From a virus: DNA of 64,000 bases. The stretch covers positions 1 through 64,000 of IMG/VR virus record IMGVR_UViG_3300040806_003461; one strand, given 5' to 3'. The notes below the pieces were generated by a model that was not told the origin of the DNA, searched no databases, and saw only the letters and a list, made by a program, of their open reading frames with translations. Shown here piece by piece: positions 11,901 to 19,369 of this stretch. The position numbers and the translations under genes are program-made. The first letter of the stretch is position 1; each line of letters opens with the position of its first letter.

Positions 11901-14900
11901 AGGCATTTGAAGTATTTGCGCAAGAGAATGTGATTGCTGAATCCGCAATATTAATCCATCTTCCTACTGGCAGATTATGTTGACCGATAGTTAATGTCAT
12001 ATCACCAGAGATTGGATCGTAAGAAGCGGTTGACGGTGTGAACTTGCCGTTATAAACATTGGTAACTTTAACCGCGTCGGGTTCCGCATATACAAAGAAT
12101 TGCGGAGATGTGTAAGTACCTGAATCGCCGGCATTTACCGTGATCGTTGTTGCTGTGACGGCTGTAATTACAAGATCCGTTTCAAACGCAGGATCTGTCG
12201 CTCTTGGGTGGCTGATTTCAAATGTACCTGAAGTGTTTGAGCATTCAAACGTCATAGAGCCTGCTTCAATTTGAATTGTATCACCAATTCTTAAATCGTG
12301 AGCGCCGACTGTCATTGTCATCAAACCAGTGTTGCCGGAATAGTCAGCAGCAGTAGGAGTAAAGCGACCGTTATTAATTCCGTATTCTTTAATTCCATTC
12401 AGTTTTGCTCTTACAAAAGTATGTGGTTCAGCATAACCGTTTGGAATAGAACCTGCATTCACAGTGATTGTTGTTGTGTTTGCCGCTGTAATTGAAACTG
12501 CAGTTCTAAATAAAGGATCGGTTGTTCTTGGATGAGAAATTTCAGTTACAATGCCAGTTGCTGTATTTGCACAAGAAAGCGTAATTGCTTCTTCATCAAA
12601 GATAATCTGATCTCCAACCTCAAACGTATGGTTGTTTAATGAGATTACCATAACACCTGTTGAAGGATTATAGTCAACATCTGTTGGAGTATATTGACGC
12701 CCGCCTGGTGCCATGATATTTAAAATATCGTTATAGGCTGTTTCAACTCTGTCTGAATAAATGCTGTCGGCAAGTAAGTCAACAGTTTCAAGTTTAAGGT
12801 GTTCAATTGCTCCTACTGTTTCAGGCAATTGGTCGTTAATTGTTACCGCTGCGGTTGCGCCGCGATATGCAACACCTGACTGAATTGAGTTGAAGTTTGT
12901 ACCTAGCTGCGCATCTCTTAATACCGCAGGTACAATGTACTCTTTCATATCACGTTGGCATTTTGCCGAATCATAGAAGAACCATTCGTCATCAGCCCAA
13001 TTCATCATGTAATCTTGAATGAATGCTTTGTTTGCTTGTAATTGCTTACGAGCATTACGCTTATTAGCAGGAATATTTGTATCATCACTGAATGAGATTT
13101 CTGAACCCAATTCAATAACTGCACCGTCAAGAACATCTTTTAATGTATGCGTTCCTTTGTATCCAGTTGCGCCAACATTAACCGTAATCGTTGTTCCTGT
13201 TGTTGCTGTAATCGGAAGAGCAGATTTGAAAGCAGGATCTGATTTTCTTGGGTGTACTAATTCTACAACGCCGCCATCAGTATCACAAGTAAATGTGAAT
13301 GATTCAGGCATCAGTAGAATATATCTTCCTACCTCAAGATTGTGTGATCCGATTGTAATTGTGAACGTTCCGTCAGTAGCATATGTTGCCGCAGTAGGAG
13401 TATAACGCGTTCCATCCTGTTTTAGGATTGAAAGAATTTCTTCAAACTTCTCATAAGCTTCGGCTGCAAATGGTGCAGAGTTTGCTTCAACAATTTTATC
13501 AGTTGAATAACGCAATCTTTCGTATGCTGAAATTGTTTCATCTCTTTGTGCACCGATTACGTTCTTAGCAGCTTTAAAGTAATAAGCATTACCTGCGGTT
13601 ACTGAGTTGTAGTTTGTATCAAGCATTGTGTCATATTTGACTGCAGGCAAGATAAACTCACGAACGTCGCGTTTACATTTTGCTGAATCGTATGCAAAGA
13701 AGTTTGGATTATTGTCTAACCAATCAACAAATTCTTCGATGATAAACTCGCGGTTGTCTTGAACAACTTCACGAGCTCCTGTACGAGGACCAACTCCTGT
13801 ATCAGCAAAGATAATGCTGTTAGCAACCGGTTCACCATTTTGTAATACGTTTAATGTTTCGTTAATTGATTTATCTACACGATCATTAACTGCGGTGTTT
13901 GCATTCTCAAAGATAAAGTTCATTTCATCTTTAAGGTGCTCAATTGAACCTACTGTTTCTGTAAGCTGTTCATTAACAACAACATATGAGATTGGCGAAC
14001 GATAAGTAATACCGTTTAAGCGACCCCAATAGTTTGAATTCGTTGCAACGTCCATGCCAACGTTATCAACAATGATTCCTGTATCACGGAAACATTTATC
14101 GGCATTGTAACCTTGGTAGCCAAGGCCAGGAGAGCCGTTAAATCCTGTTGTAGTATTTGCTGTTAAGTACTCAATCATGTCATCAATGATTGCTGGTGCG
14201 CTTTCAGCAAGATCGTCGGCAAATGCTGTGTTAGCGATTAAGTTATTAGAATCGTTAACTTTTGCTGGGTTAACAATAACAGTATTACCACGAGCACGCA
14301 TCGAGATGTCACCGAACTGCGAACCTGAGTTATTCAATGTCATCTGGCCGCCATCAAGGGCAAAGAATGCCTGACGAGTAAAGATTGACAATGAACCAAT
14401 ACCGTTAACACCAGCGCCGTTCTTAGCAACATAACCTGTACCGTTTTGAGTACGAGGCGTGAAACCAAAACAAAGTACGTAGGTGTAAAGCGAGTCGGTA
14501 TCAAGTACCGCTCTGTCCGCTAGAAGACAACCACCACCGCGACCGACCAACCTATTTGGGAAATCGTCAATGCCGATACGTTCAACTGTACCTGTACCGC
14601 CTCTTTGAGCGTAAAGAATATCTCCAACTTCTACGTTACCTTTTAAGTTACGGACATAAATTTGTCTGTCAGAATCAATATCATCAACGTATGAAATATA
14701 CCCAGTAGCACCACTTGAGAATGTAACCTCATCGTCAATCTCAAATTGAGCTTGCGGCGAGTGACCAACTTCTAAATAGAATTCCTGTCCTAAGTCAAGG
14801 ATTGTACCTTTTGAGTTGAATGGGTTAAGTGGTGGTTCAACATCCAAACGGTTGAAGTTTGACAACTGAGAGGAGTCACGAATATATGGAGATCTTCTTA

Positions 14901-16581
14901 ACAATGCACCTGGGCGATATGCAATTGCGAAACCGCCTTCAGGTTGGTCAAAGTTATCAACCTCAAAGTTCATATATGCAAAACCTTGAACATAACAACC
15001 AGATCCAACTAGGACACCGTTAGTTCTTTCCCAACCAGGTTTCTTCTGAATAACTGTAGCATACTGGCCTGCAGTTGAAGTCATTGCACAATCATCAGGA
15101 AGAACAATTGGTTCATCGACATAATAAGTACCTGGTCCACAAGAAATATGAACTGCGTTATTAATATCGTTTCGGTTTACATCACCACCTGCCTTTTCAA
15201 TTGCAAGCTGTGAAGCACGCTTAAGTGTTCTAACAGGTTTAAGCATTGAACCTGGATTATTATCATCACCATCTACAGCAACGTGAACCTTTAATGCTTT
15301 TTCTGCTGATCTGCCAAGCTCGTCAGTTAATTGAGCATAAGAAATCTGTTCGACTTTACCAGTCTTTTCGTTTTTCAATGCAAAGAATGAGTTTTCAGCA
15401 ATACCTGGATCAAAGACTGCACTCAATTGCATATCGTAATCAACAAGAGTAGAATCAACGATTACTGAATTAGCAAGATCAACTCTTTCAATCGTTCCGT
15501 CACGAATATCTGAATTAGTAATTACGCCACCATCAAACGAAGACCTTGTCATGTTTGTGTTAGCAGAAGTCATATCCTCAGTAGAAGAACTTGTAATTGT
15601 CATGTTCTGAGCAATTACGTTATTCATATTACCTTGGAATGACGAATCAGTGATTACAGTATTTGCGACTGTACCTTCGTCAATTGTCGTATTCGTAAAT
15701 ACGTTATTGTTACCAGTTCCGTTTGAGAAATCTGAGTTATCAATATTAGTATCAGTAATTGTGCCTTCGTCAAATACTGACTGCGTGATTACAATATTGT
15801 TCGCAGTTGAATTACTAATTGCACCAGCATTAAATGTTGATGTTGAAATTGCAGAACCGGTGATTGTATTATTAGCAAGTCTCGTGTCCCAAATTTCGCC
15901 ATTTGAAAAACGTGAATTTGTAATATCAACATCGTCAAGATCAGTGTCGAAAATGTTACTGTTGGAAATATCAACCGTGTCAATTGTTCCACGGGAAATC
16001 TCAACATCAGTCATTACAACATCATCTAGGACGAGGTTTGTAAGAATTAGGTTATTAGCAGTACCGCCTTCAATTTCAATGTTCTCAATACGAGTATTCG
16101 TAAAGACGTTATTGTTGCCTGTGCCATTTGAGAAATCTGAATTATCAATCGTAGAATTAATGAACACCATGTTGTTGCCGGTGCCACGTTCTAACGTGCC
16201 ATCATTAAATTCAGAATTAGTAATGATTGAGTTATTTACAGTACCGTCATTAAATGAAGATTCATTAATAACAGACTCTGTCATTGTTGAATCGTCTATC
16301 TCTGCCCGATTGATAGTCGTATCATTTATAGTACCACGATTATAAATTGAATCGTTAATCGTGACTCCACTTAGTGTGGAGTTAAACATATTGACGCCTG
16401 AAATTGAACCACCGGTGATTGTTATTCTATTGAACTCTTCATACTGAATAGCTTGTACTAATTCACGCCTTGTGATGTTTTTAGTACCATCGTCACCTTG
16501 GATCAAATTAACAATGACAAAGAGGTCTTCTGGGCGCGTATTAACGCCAAGTATCGGGCCTAATTCTGAAATCTTTGACAT
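5989..16581 (-). CDS. Giant (3530 aa) repeat-containing virion structural protein
   Basis: N-terminal beta-solenoid-like repeats, a beta-helix-like region, about 11 helical C-x-R-D repeats and 7 beta-rich HPR repeats; late promoter upstream. Confidence 0.8.
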   Translation of the reverse strand: MSKISELGPILGVNTRPEDLFVIVNLIQGDDGTKNITRRELVQAIQYEEFNRITITGGSISGVNMFNSTLSGVTINDSIYNRGTINDTTINRAEIDDSTMTESVINESSFNDGTVNNSIITNSEFNDGTLERGTGNNMVFINSTIDNSDFSNGTGNNNVFTNTRIENIEIEGGTANNLILTNLVLDDVVMTDVEISRGTIDTVDISNSNIFDTDLDDVDITNSRFSNGEIWDTRLANNTITGSAISTSTFNAGAISNSTANNIVITQSVFDEGTITDTNIDNSDFSNGTGNNNVFTNTTIDEGTVANTVITDSSFQGNMNNVIAQNMTITSSSTEDMTSANTNMTRSSFDGGVITNSDIRDGTIERVDLANSVIVDSTLVDYDMQLSAVFDPGIAENSFFALKNEKTGKVEQISYAQLTDELGRSAEKALKVHVAVDGDDNNPGSMLKPVRTLKRASQLAIEKAGGDVNRNDINNAVHISCGPGTYYVDEPIVLPDDCAMTSTAGQYATVIQKKPGWERTNGVLVGSGCYVQGFAYMNFEVDNFDQPEGGFAIAYRPGALLRRSPYIRDSSQLSNFNRLDVEPPLNPFNSKGTILDLGQEFYLEVGHSPQAQFEIDDEVTFSSGATGYISYVDDIDSDRQIYVRNLKGNVEVGDILYAQRGGTGTVERIGIDDFPNRLVGRGGGCLLADRAVLDTDSLYTYVLCFGFTPRTQNGTGYVAKNGAGVNGIGSLSIFTRQAFFALDGGQMTLNNSGSQFGDISMRARGNTVIVNPAKVNDSNNLIANTAFADDLAESAPAIIDDMIEYLTANTTTGFNGSPGLGYQGYNADKCFRDTGIIVDNVGMDVATNSNYWGRLNGITYRSPISYVVVNEQLTETVGSIEHLKDEMNFIFENANTAVNDRVDKSINETLNVLQNGEPVANSIIFADTGVGPRTGAREVVQDNREFIIEEFVDWLDNNPNFFAYDSAKCKRDVREFILPAVKYDTMLDTNYNSVTAGNAYYFKAAKNVIGAQRDETISAYERLRYSTDKIVEANSAPFAAEAYEKFEEILSILKQDGTRYTPTAATYATDGTFTITIGSHNLEVGRYILLMPESFTFTCDTDGGVVELVHPRKSDPAFKSALPITATTGTTITVNVGATGYKGTHTLKDVLDGAVIELGSEISFSDDTNIPANKRNARKQLQANKAFIQDYMMNWADDEWFFYDSAKCQRDMKEYIVPAVLRDAQLGTNFNSIQSGVAYRGATAAVTINDQLPETVGAIEHLKLETVDLLADSIYSDRVETAYNDILNIMAPGGRQYTPTDVDYNPSTGVMVISLNNHTFEVGDQIIFDEEAITLSCANTATGIVTEISHPRTTDPLFRTAVSITAANTTTITVNAGSIPNGYAEPHTFVRAKLNGIKEYGINNGRFTPTAADYSGNTGLMTMTVGAHDLRIGDTIQIEAGSMTFECSNTSGTFEISHPRATDPAFETDLVITAVTATTITVNAGDSGTYTSPQFFVYAEPDAVKVTNVYNGKFTPSTASYDPISGDMTLTIGQHNLPVGRWINIADSAITFSCANTSNASIITELSHPRVGEPAYRQPVRITGATGTTITVNVGNANGYQSDHTFVSADVDCIDTNAIYFNDPAKVDSYFTPSTATYAPDTGVMEITLGEGHGVTTDDHIEFKPQSVVFSCANGATVTEISHPRIGEPNYQKPIAVTAVSNTTITVNTGAVPNGYANNHTFVSAEEGAVIKVRSTITRDKINAADTLLKNKAFLQDEIDAWLKDNYFVYDDKRCMRDTGYILDAVRRDMATDSNINSIFAGYAYRSGNASTDKVITEQLTETAGAIRWLRDQVSADILSGDGEARANTAFDEIVQIMENGTSNADIITFGDGYHSEDTLAARKALQANKAMLQDEVTSWMANTYPGFVYNEADCERDLGYFIDAVSWDVQHGSNAATLGNARVYFDNAVSVLDDEEKPKTAHAYQHIAELAGQIVREEIATLQTPVAQTFNASNNELTPTDASYDPVTGIMTVTVNGHGMETGDWIVMEEGAITFSCSNTEVANTQISHPRATDPYFNTPCEIISTTTNTFTLDVGDAKGYTGVHSFVRADGVFRPSVNPEAANEVVRLFKTISDIIEEDNYKETFGTTGYEDTAGYVAGGPGYGTDGKDTGLTNPEFKEPPLTGTGYDAAVLSQYEELWGSTPKYQYEIIDHIRQEYNGLAYQIDKCPRDVGYIVDAIAEDLSYGGEEATINAARYYFEGAVNVLPYEQREPTRLAFEHLADVIDDIVTETAVTPTTGNTKTQDTSGTAATAATGTEAKRLANIISAVVDDRLVIPDYTGSLDISKGQQTLRPLPIANTATAPLIEPSRTFARHSLQKNKDFIQDEVVAYINDEYFVYDEDKCARDVGYIVNAVKRDVQTGGNYNGVYAGRAYRAGNASTDKVIEEQLAETIEAIKYLRRDIEPRLSGTALTTATASFDNIIAIMKGETAPAYNYGTAYQNTSAQNVEDGLDLNRDFIVEECIAWIATNYSSLSYDTAKCRRDVGYMLDAVKHDILHGSNVAMRDVARLYFENGVNVGLPADQRAPTAAVFEHLGTVSQQVVLKQTVSKSLSNPEVQVTAGFSTASAAEANRIPGLWNIVANIITEDSVINMPAAIEPQAGTGTGYNYEAEAVIIAGRLAPLAAGVNTHLQEKFDYLEYDSAKCRRDVGYMVDAISHDIQYGGNSAMWNAAQIYFVNAVNLLPLEQREPTKKAFMHMGKVMHDITRNTTVPLRIGRKYTPSTATYDVLNGQFVITLGNHDLKVGSHILLAKESFTFECGSPAVQISHPRVTDPAFETPLKVEAVTATTVTVNVGTAQGYTGAHTFVSATEWAVQTVVGNTKKQDKTSLAARREIAAEVKALGEMIAHIADDNNPTNLPARVEPYTNWIPATFHTEKDKVDDKLEALVTSMVNFISSEYNGISYPKEKCRRDVGIMIDAISHDVQYETNYATRLAANMYFDNATSVLPFDQRQQTADFYDEMANLVSKVIQELEAGQDTTNDAASSVEGEWAADMVRIVEEAIRRDGLDALPELVEPNTSWVDASKVWAGNAIDDNLGFLADDVVQHIKDNFTIIDYSKAKCRRDSGYIIDAISWDLNYGGNAASRWNADFYYWNNQLRIPENTRVATAQSYRRLGEIIRDVVTGSYPGQKLRPEMGDEERAKQAYDNGMIFYNALYFNSPKYLGPLNEPDFTWEDDKNKVFRFSKDILANNKRRLQREVQRFITSEYKFIDLPKTYRDANNLLKVMQNDFRYVDPSVNLTGEYNVEGAGGDQSTRAYAAAFFNIDAQHVFPVFNPPRTFADYRRLRFKGTVIDTATRDAIETKKRWDAYIIPTNNNGNRYIGQIWYWTGTTWANAGANNTDLLESFEGAWTQMKTYINNNIAPDLEHRNMVTELIDNVLIDTVLRPNFLTFGSLVESIAHQFNGASAGVNRNALPLNFRNVGSAISATASVLSENGGRIRWSGADELNNQYFARGLRINGRTGRIEGRPFTSSVRKLARRASNSRATI

Positions 16582-16606
16582 TCAGGTATCCTTTAAATTT
16601 TATCTC

Positions 16607-17521
16607 TTACTCGATAAACGAGTCATATGGCTTTAGTCTATATCTATTATTTATAACGGTATTAGCTGACGGAGTTGGCAATTCGGCGCCTGTTCTTTCA
16701 AATTTAGTTAATGCAAACATAAAACCTCCACGATCTGCAGTGGTCGGTATTGTGTTTGCGTTGCCAATCTTTTCGGCAAATTTCATTGTTACGAATGATT
16801 TAATTTCAGTATTTCCTTCAGCGACCCAGCTAGGTTGATGGTATCTATTTTTTATTTCAAACATAGCATCCATTTCTGTTTCAAACCTACCTTCATATTC
16901 ATCGGCCGAAGCAGGAACATCTGGTTCATAACATAATTGAACAGAAACCAAAGATAAACTTTTATCATCATTAACAGCATACGTTCTATTACCTAATGTA
17001 TCCCAAGCTTTATTCTTGGTTCGCGTGTATGCTTTTATCGTTGTAAATCTTTCTTTATCTAAATCATAATAAACTTTAACACCACCGCCTATACCTTCAA
17101 TTGCTTGCGACGTGTTTGCGTATTGTCCAGGCAAATCATATTCATCAAAAAACCACCAGCAATCATAAGGCATTTGCCCACCAAAACATATTGTATTTGC
17201 GCCGTATACAGGATGCGGTTGCCCCATTGATCTAGTCATATTTATACCAAGGCGAGGGTTTCTTATCGCGTCAATTTGCCGCCAAGTATTAATAAAATCT
17301 CGCATTTCTTGGTTAATGCCAAGAGGATGATTAGTCTGAATCCAATCAACCATTACATTAGCAAACGTTTGGGAATCTTTACCATAAAAACCAATGTCAA
17401 GATCACCGTTAACCGTTTCACCTTTGCCAACGGCAATATGACTAATCTTTTCTTCAAACTCATCTGATATCACAATATCAGAATTACATACCTCTGTTAA
17501 AAACTCTTTCCAAATACCCAT
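16607..17521 (-). CDS. Hypothetical protein
   Basis: 304-aa ORF co-oriented in the fibre cluster; no motif recognised. Confidence 0.6.
   Translation of the reverse strand: MGIWKEFLTEVCNSDIVISDEFEEKISHIAVGKGETVNGDLDIGFYGKDSQTFANVMVDWIQTNHPLGINQEMRDFINTWRQIDAIRNPRLGINMTRSMGQPHPVYGANTICFGGQMPYDCWWFFDEYDLPGQYANTSQAIEGIGGGVKVYYDLDKERFTTIKAYTRTKNKAWDTLGNRTYAVNDDKSLSLVSVQLCYEPDVPASADEYEGRFETEMDAMFEIKNRYHQPSWVAEGNTEIKSFVTMKFAEKIGNANTIPTTADRGGFMFALTKFERTGAELPTPSANTVINNRYRLKPYDSFIE
16648..16655 (-). promoter_or_regulatory. T4-type late promoter TATAAATA for the giant virion gene
   Basis: Exact consensus about 67 nt upstream of the ATG at 16581. Confidence 0.65.
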
Positions 17522-17523
17522 AA

Positions 17524-18297
17524 TTAAAACACCCTATATCCGTCGTTCCAATTACCTTCGCCGCGTGTATTCACAACATAAGTTCTATCGCCCGATGCTC
17601 CACCTCTAATACGTACATAACCAGGAGATCCGCTTCCACCGTTTTGAGGAAGACTATTGTAACCACCACCGCCTGCGCCAGTTCTTATATCAACATAAGA
17701 GTTAACGGCAATGTATGTTCCTGATGCCGAACCGCCGCGCGAACCGCCTGCGCCCGCGTTTCCAGCAGAATCGTTTTTACCGCCACCATCACCACCGCCT
17801 CCACCACCGCTTGCGCCCCAAGCTGTGCGTGTTGAAGCTCCGCCGCTGTTATTAGCACTACCGCCGCCACCGCGCCCATTACCATTAATAGGAGAGTTTT
17901 GACCGTTACCGCCTGATGTACTTCCAACGTTACCAGATCCGCCGCCTCCCCCACCGGATACTCTAACCACATCGTTTCCGCTGTTGTTTCTTACCCACGA
18001 ATCACCGCCAGCTCCACCGCCACCGTACACGGCATTATTAGGTCCGCCATCGTTAAATCCACCACCACCGCCTCCCCCACCGGCAGAAATTACAACATTA
18101 AGTGGGTAACCATCTGTCGCCCCATAAAAATTACTTAATGCAATTTGGCCTGATGTTGGAACGTTGTTGTTTTGTGGAATATTAGGAACATAGCCGCCAC
18201 CGCGATAATATTCGCGCAACTCATCCTGGCCTGGTGTATTGCCAAACTCATTTCTTAAGTCATTAATTGATATTGTACCGCTAGTCTGGAGTGGCAT
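17524..18297 (-). CDS. Glycine-rich tail fibre tip/adhesin-like protein
   Basis: N-terminal SGTISINDLRNEFG...SGQIALSNFYG motif followed by poly-Gly tracts. Confidence 0.65.
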   Translation of the reverse strand: MPLQTSGTISINDLRNEFGNTPGQDELREYYRGGGYVPNIPQNNNVPTSGQIALSNFYGATDGYPLNVVISAGGGGGGGGFNDGGPNNAVYGGGGAGGDSWVRNNSGNDVVRVSGGGGGGSGNVGSTSGGNGQNSPINGNGRGGGGSANNSGGASTRTAWGASGGGGGGDGGGKNDSAGNAGAGGSRGGSASGTYIAVNSYVDIRTGAGGGGYNSLPQNGGSGSPGYVRIRGGASGDRTYVVNTRGEGNWNDGYRVF

Positions 18298-19189
18298 TCT
18301 TGAGCCTCTGTACTTCGTCTTGCAATTCTTTGACTGCTTCGATGAGGAGGGCTACTATTTGACCGTATCTTACTGCTTTATGTTCACCACGTGTTGGATG
18401 GTCGGCTGTATAAACGAGGCCGGGTAGTACCATCTCAACTTCTTGAGCAATAACACCTGTCGCTCTCTCACCTGGTTTGTCTTTATATTCAAAGGTGTAT
18501 CCACCTAATGCTCTAACCTTTTCAAGTGGGTTTTCAATTCTTTCAATATCTTGCTTTAATGCAATATCCGACGTGCTATAATCTGTTACAACTTCTCCTA
18601 ATGCATAAACATTATTTGCAGTAATATCAGCGTTTAACATTGAAAGGTTACCATTAAAGTTTACGGTTCCTTGGAAACGAGCATCACCATTTACATCAAG
18701 GTCTGTTGTAATTTCAACAGCTTCAGTTGTAATAAGATTAGGTACAGTTAACGTTCCGCCTGTAGTAAGTTCAAATTTAGTAGTACCGGTTCCGGTGTCA
18801 ATAATAAACTTTCGGTTTGTTGAATCTTGAATACCAACATCCCAACCTACGGTACCATCAGTGTATCTTGTTTGACCACCGCCTGAGGAATATAAGAATG
18901 TTGCGCATCGCTGATCTGTTGCTGCTGTAATTGTAATAGGTACATCAAAATCAACGTCTGCCGATGCTGTTCTCGAACTTATAAGATCAGATTGAACACT
19001 GGTTGTTGCGATTAAATTAGTTGCAGTAAAGTTCCCAACAAGGGTAGCATTACCATTTGTTGTATCACCAGAACCAGTAGAGGCGGTGACAGTTTCATTC
19101 TTAAACAAATCCACTAATTCGTTTGTTTTATCAAACCAATTCTGAAAAGTTTGAGATGTTGCGATATTCGTAATGCCTGACTTTGCCAT
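18281..19189 (-). CDS. Short tail fibre protein with C-terminal S74 intramolecular chaperone
   Basis: N-terminal QTFQNWFDKTNEL attachment motif; C-terminal SDIALK...GVIAQEVE...AVRYG...LIEAVKEL. Confidence 0.8.
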   Translation of the reverse strand: MAKSGITNIATSQTFQNWFDKTNELVDLFKNETVTASTGSGDTTNGNATLVGNFTATNLIATTSVQSDLISSRTASADVDFDVPITITAATDQRCATFLYSSGGGQTRYTDGTVGWDVGIQDSTNRKFIIDTGTGTTKFELTTGGTLTVPNLITTEAVEITTDLDVNGDARFQGTVNFNGNLSMLNADITANNVYALGEVVTDYSTSDIALKQDIERIENPLEKVRALGGYTFEYKDKPGERATGVIAQEVEMVLPGLVYTADHPTRGEHKAVRYGQIVALLIEAVKELQDEVQRLKNATPD

Positions 19190-19369
19190 TTAACAGTTCT
19201 CTACTTTTTCTAATTTTTCTTCAACTCGCGCAAGGCAAGCTTTAATTTCAACCACCTCTTTAGATAGTCGCTCAACCTTGCGATATAATTGCTTTTCCAT
19301 TTTATATTTATTAAGAGCCGCAGCATCCGTATTCAGAACGGCGTTTGATATTTCATGTCTCTGTATCAT
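19190..19369 (-). CDS. Small coiled-coil protein (59 aa)
   Basis: Not in the ORF track. Read by hand: MIQRHEISNAVLNTDAAALNKYK...LEKVENC; ATGA overlap with the upstream stop, abuts the next ATG. Confidence 0.7.
   Translation of the reverse strand: MIQRHEISNAVLNTDAAALNKYKMEKQLYRKVERLSKEVVEIKACLARVEEKLEKVENC

Noticed and set aside
15650-16345. 231-aa plus-strand ORF
   Set aside because: Antisense to the repetitive N-terminus of the giant protein; explained by codon bias
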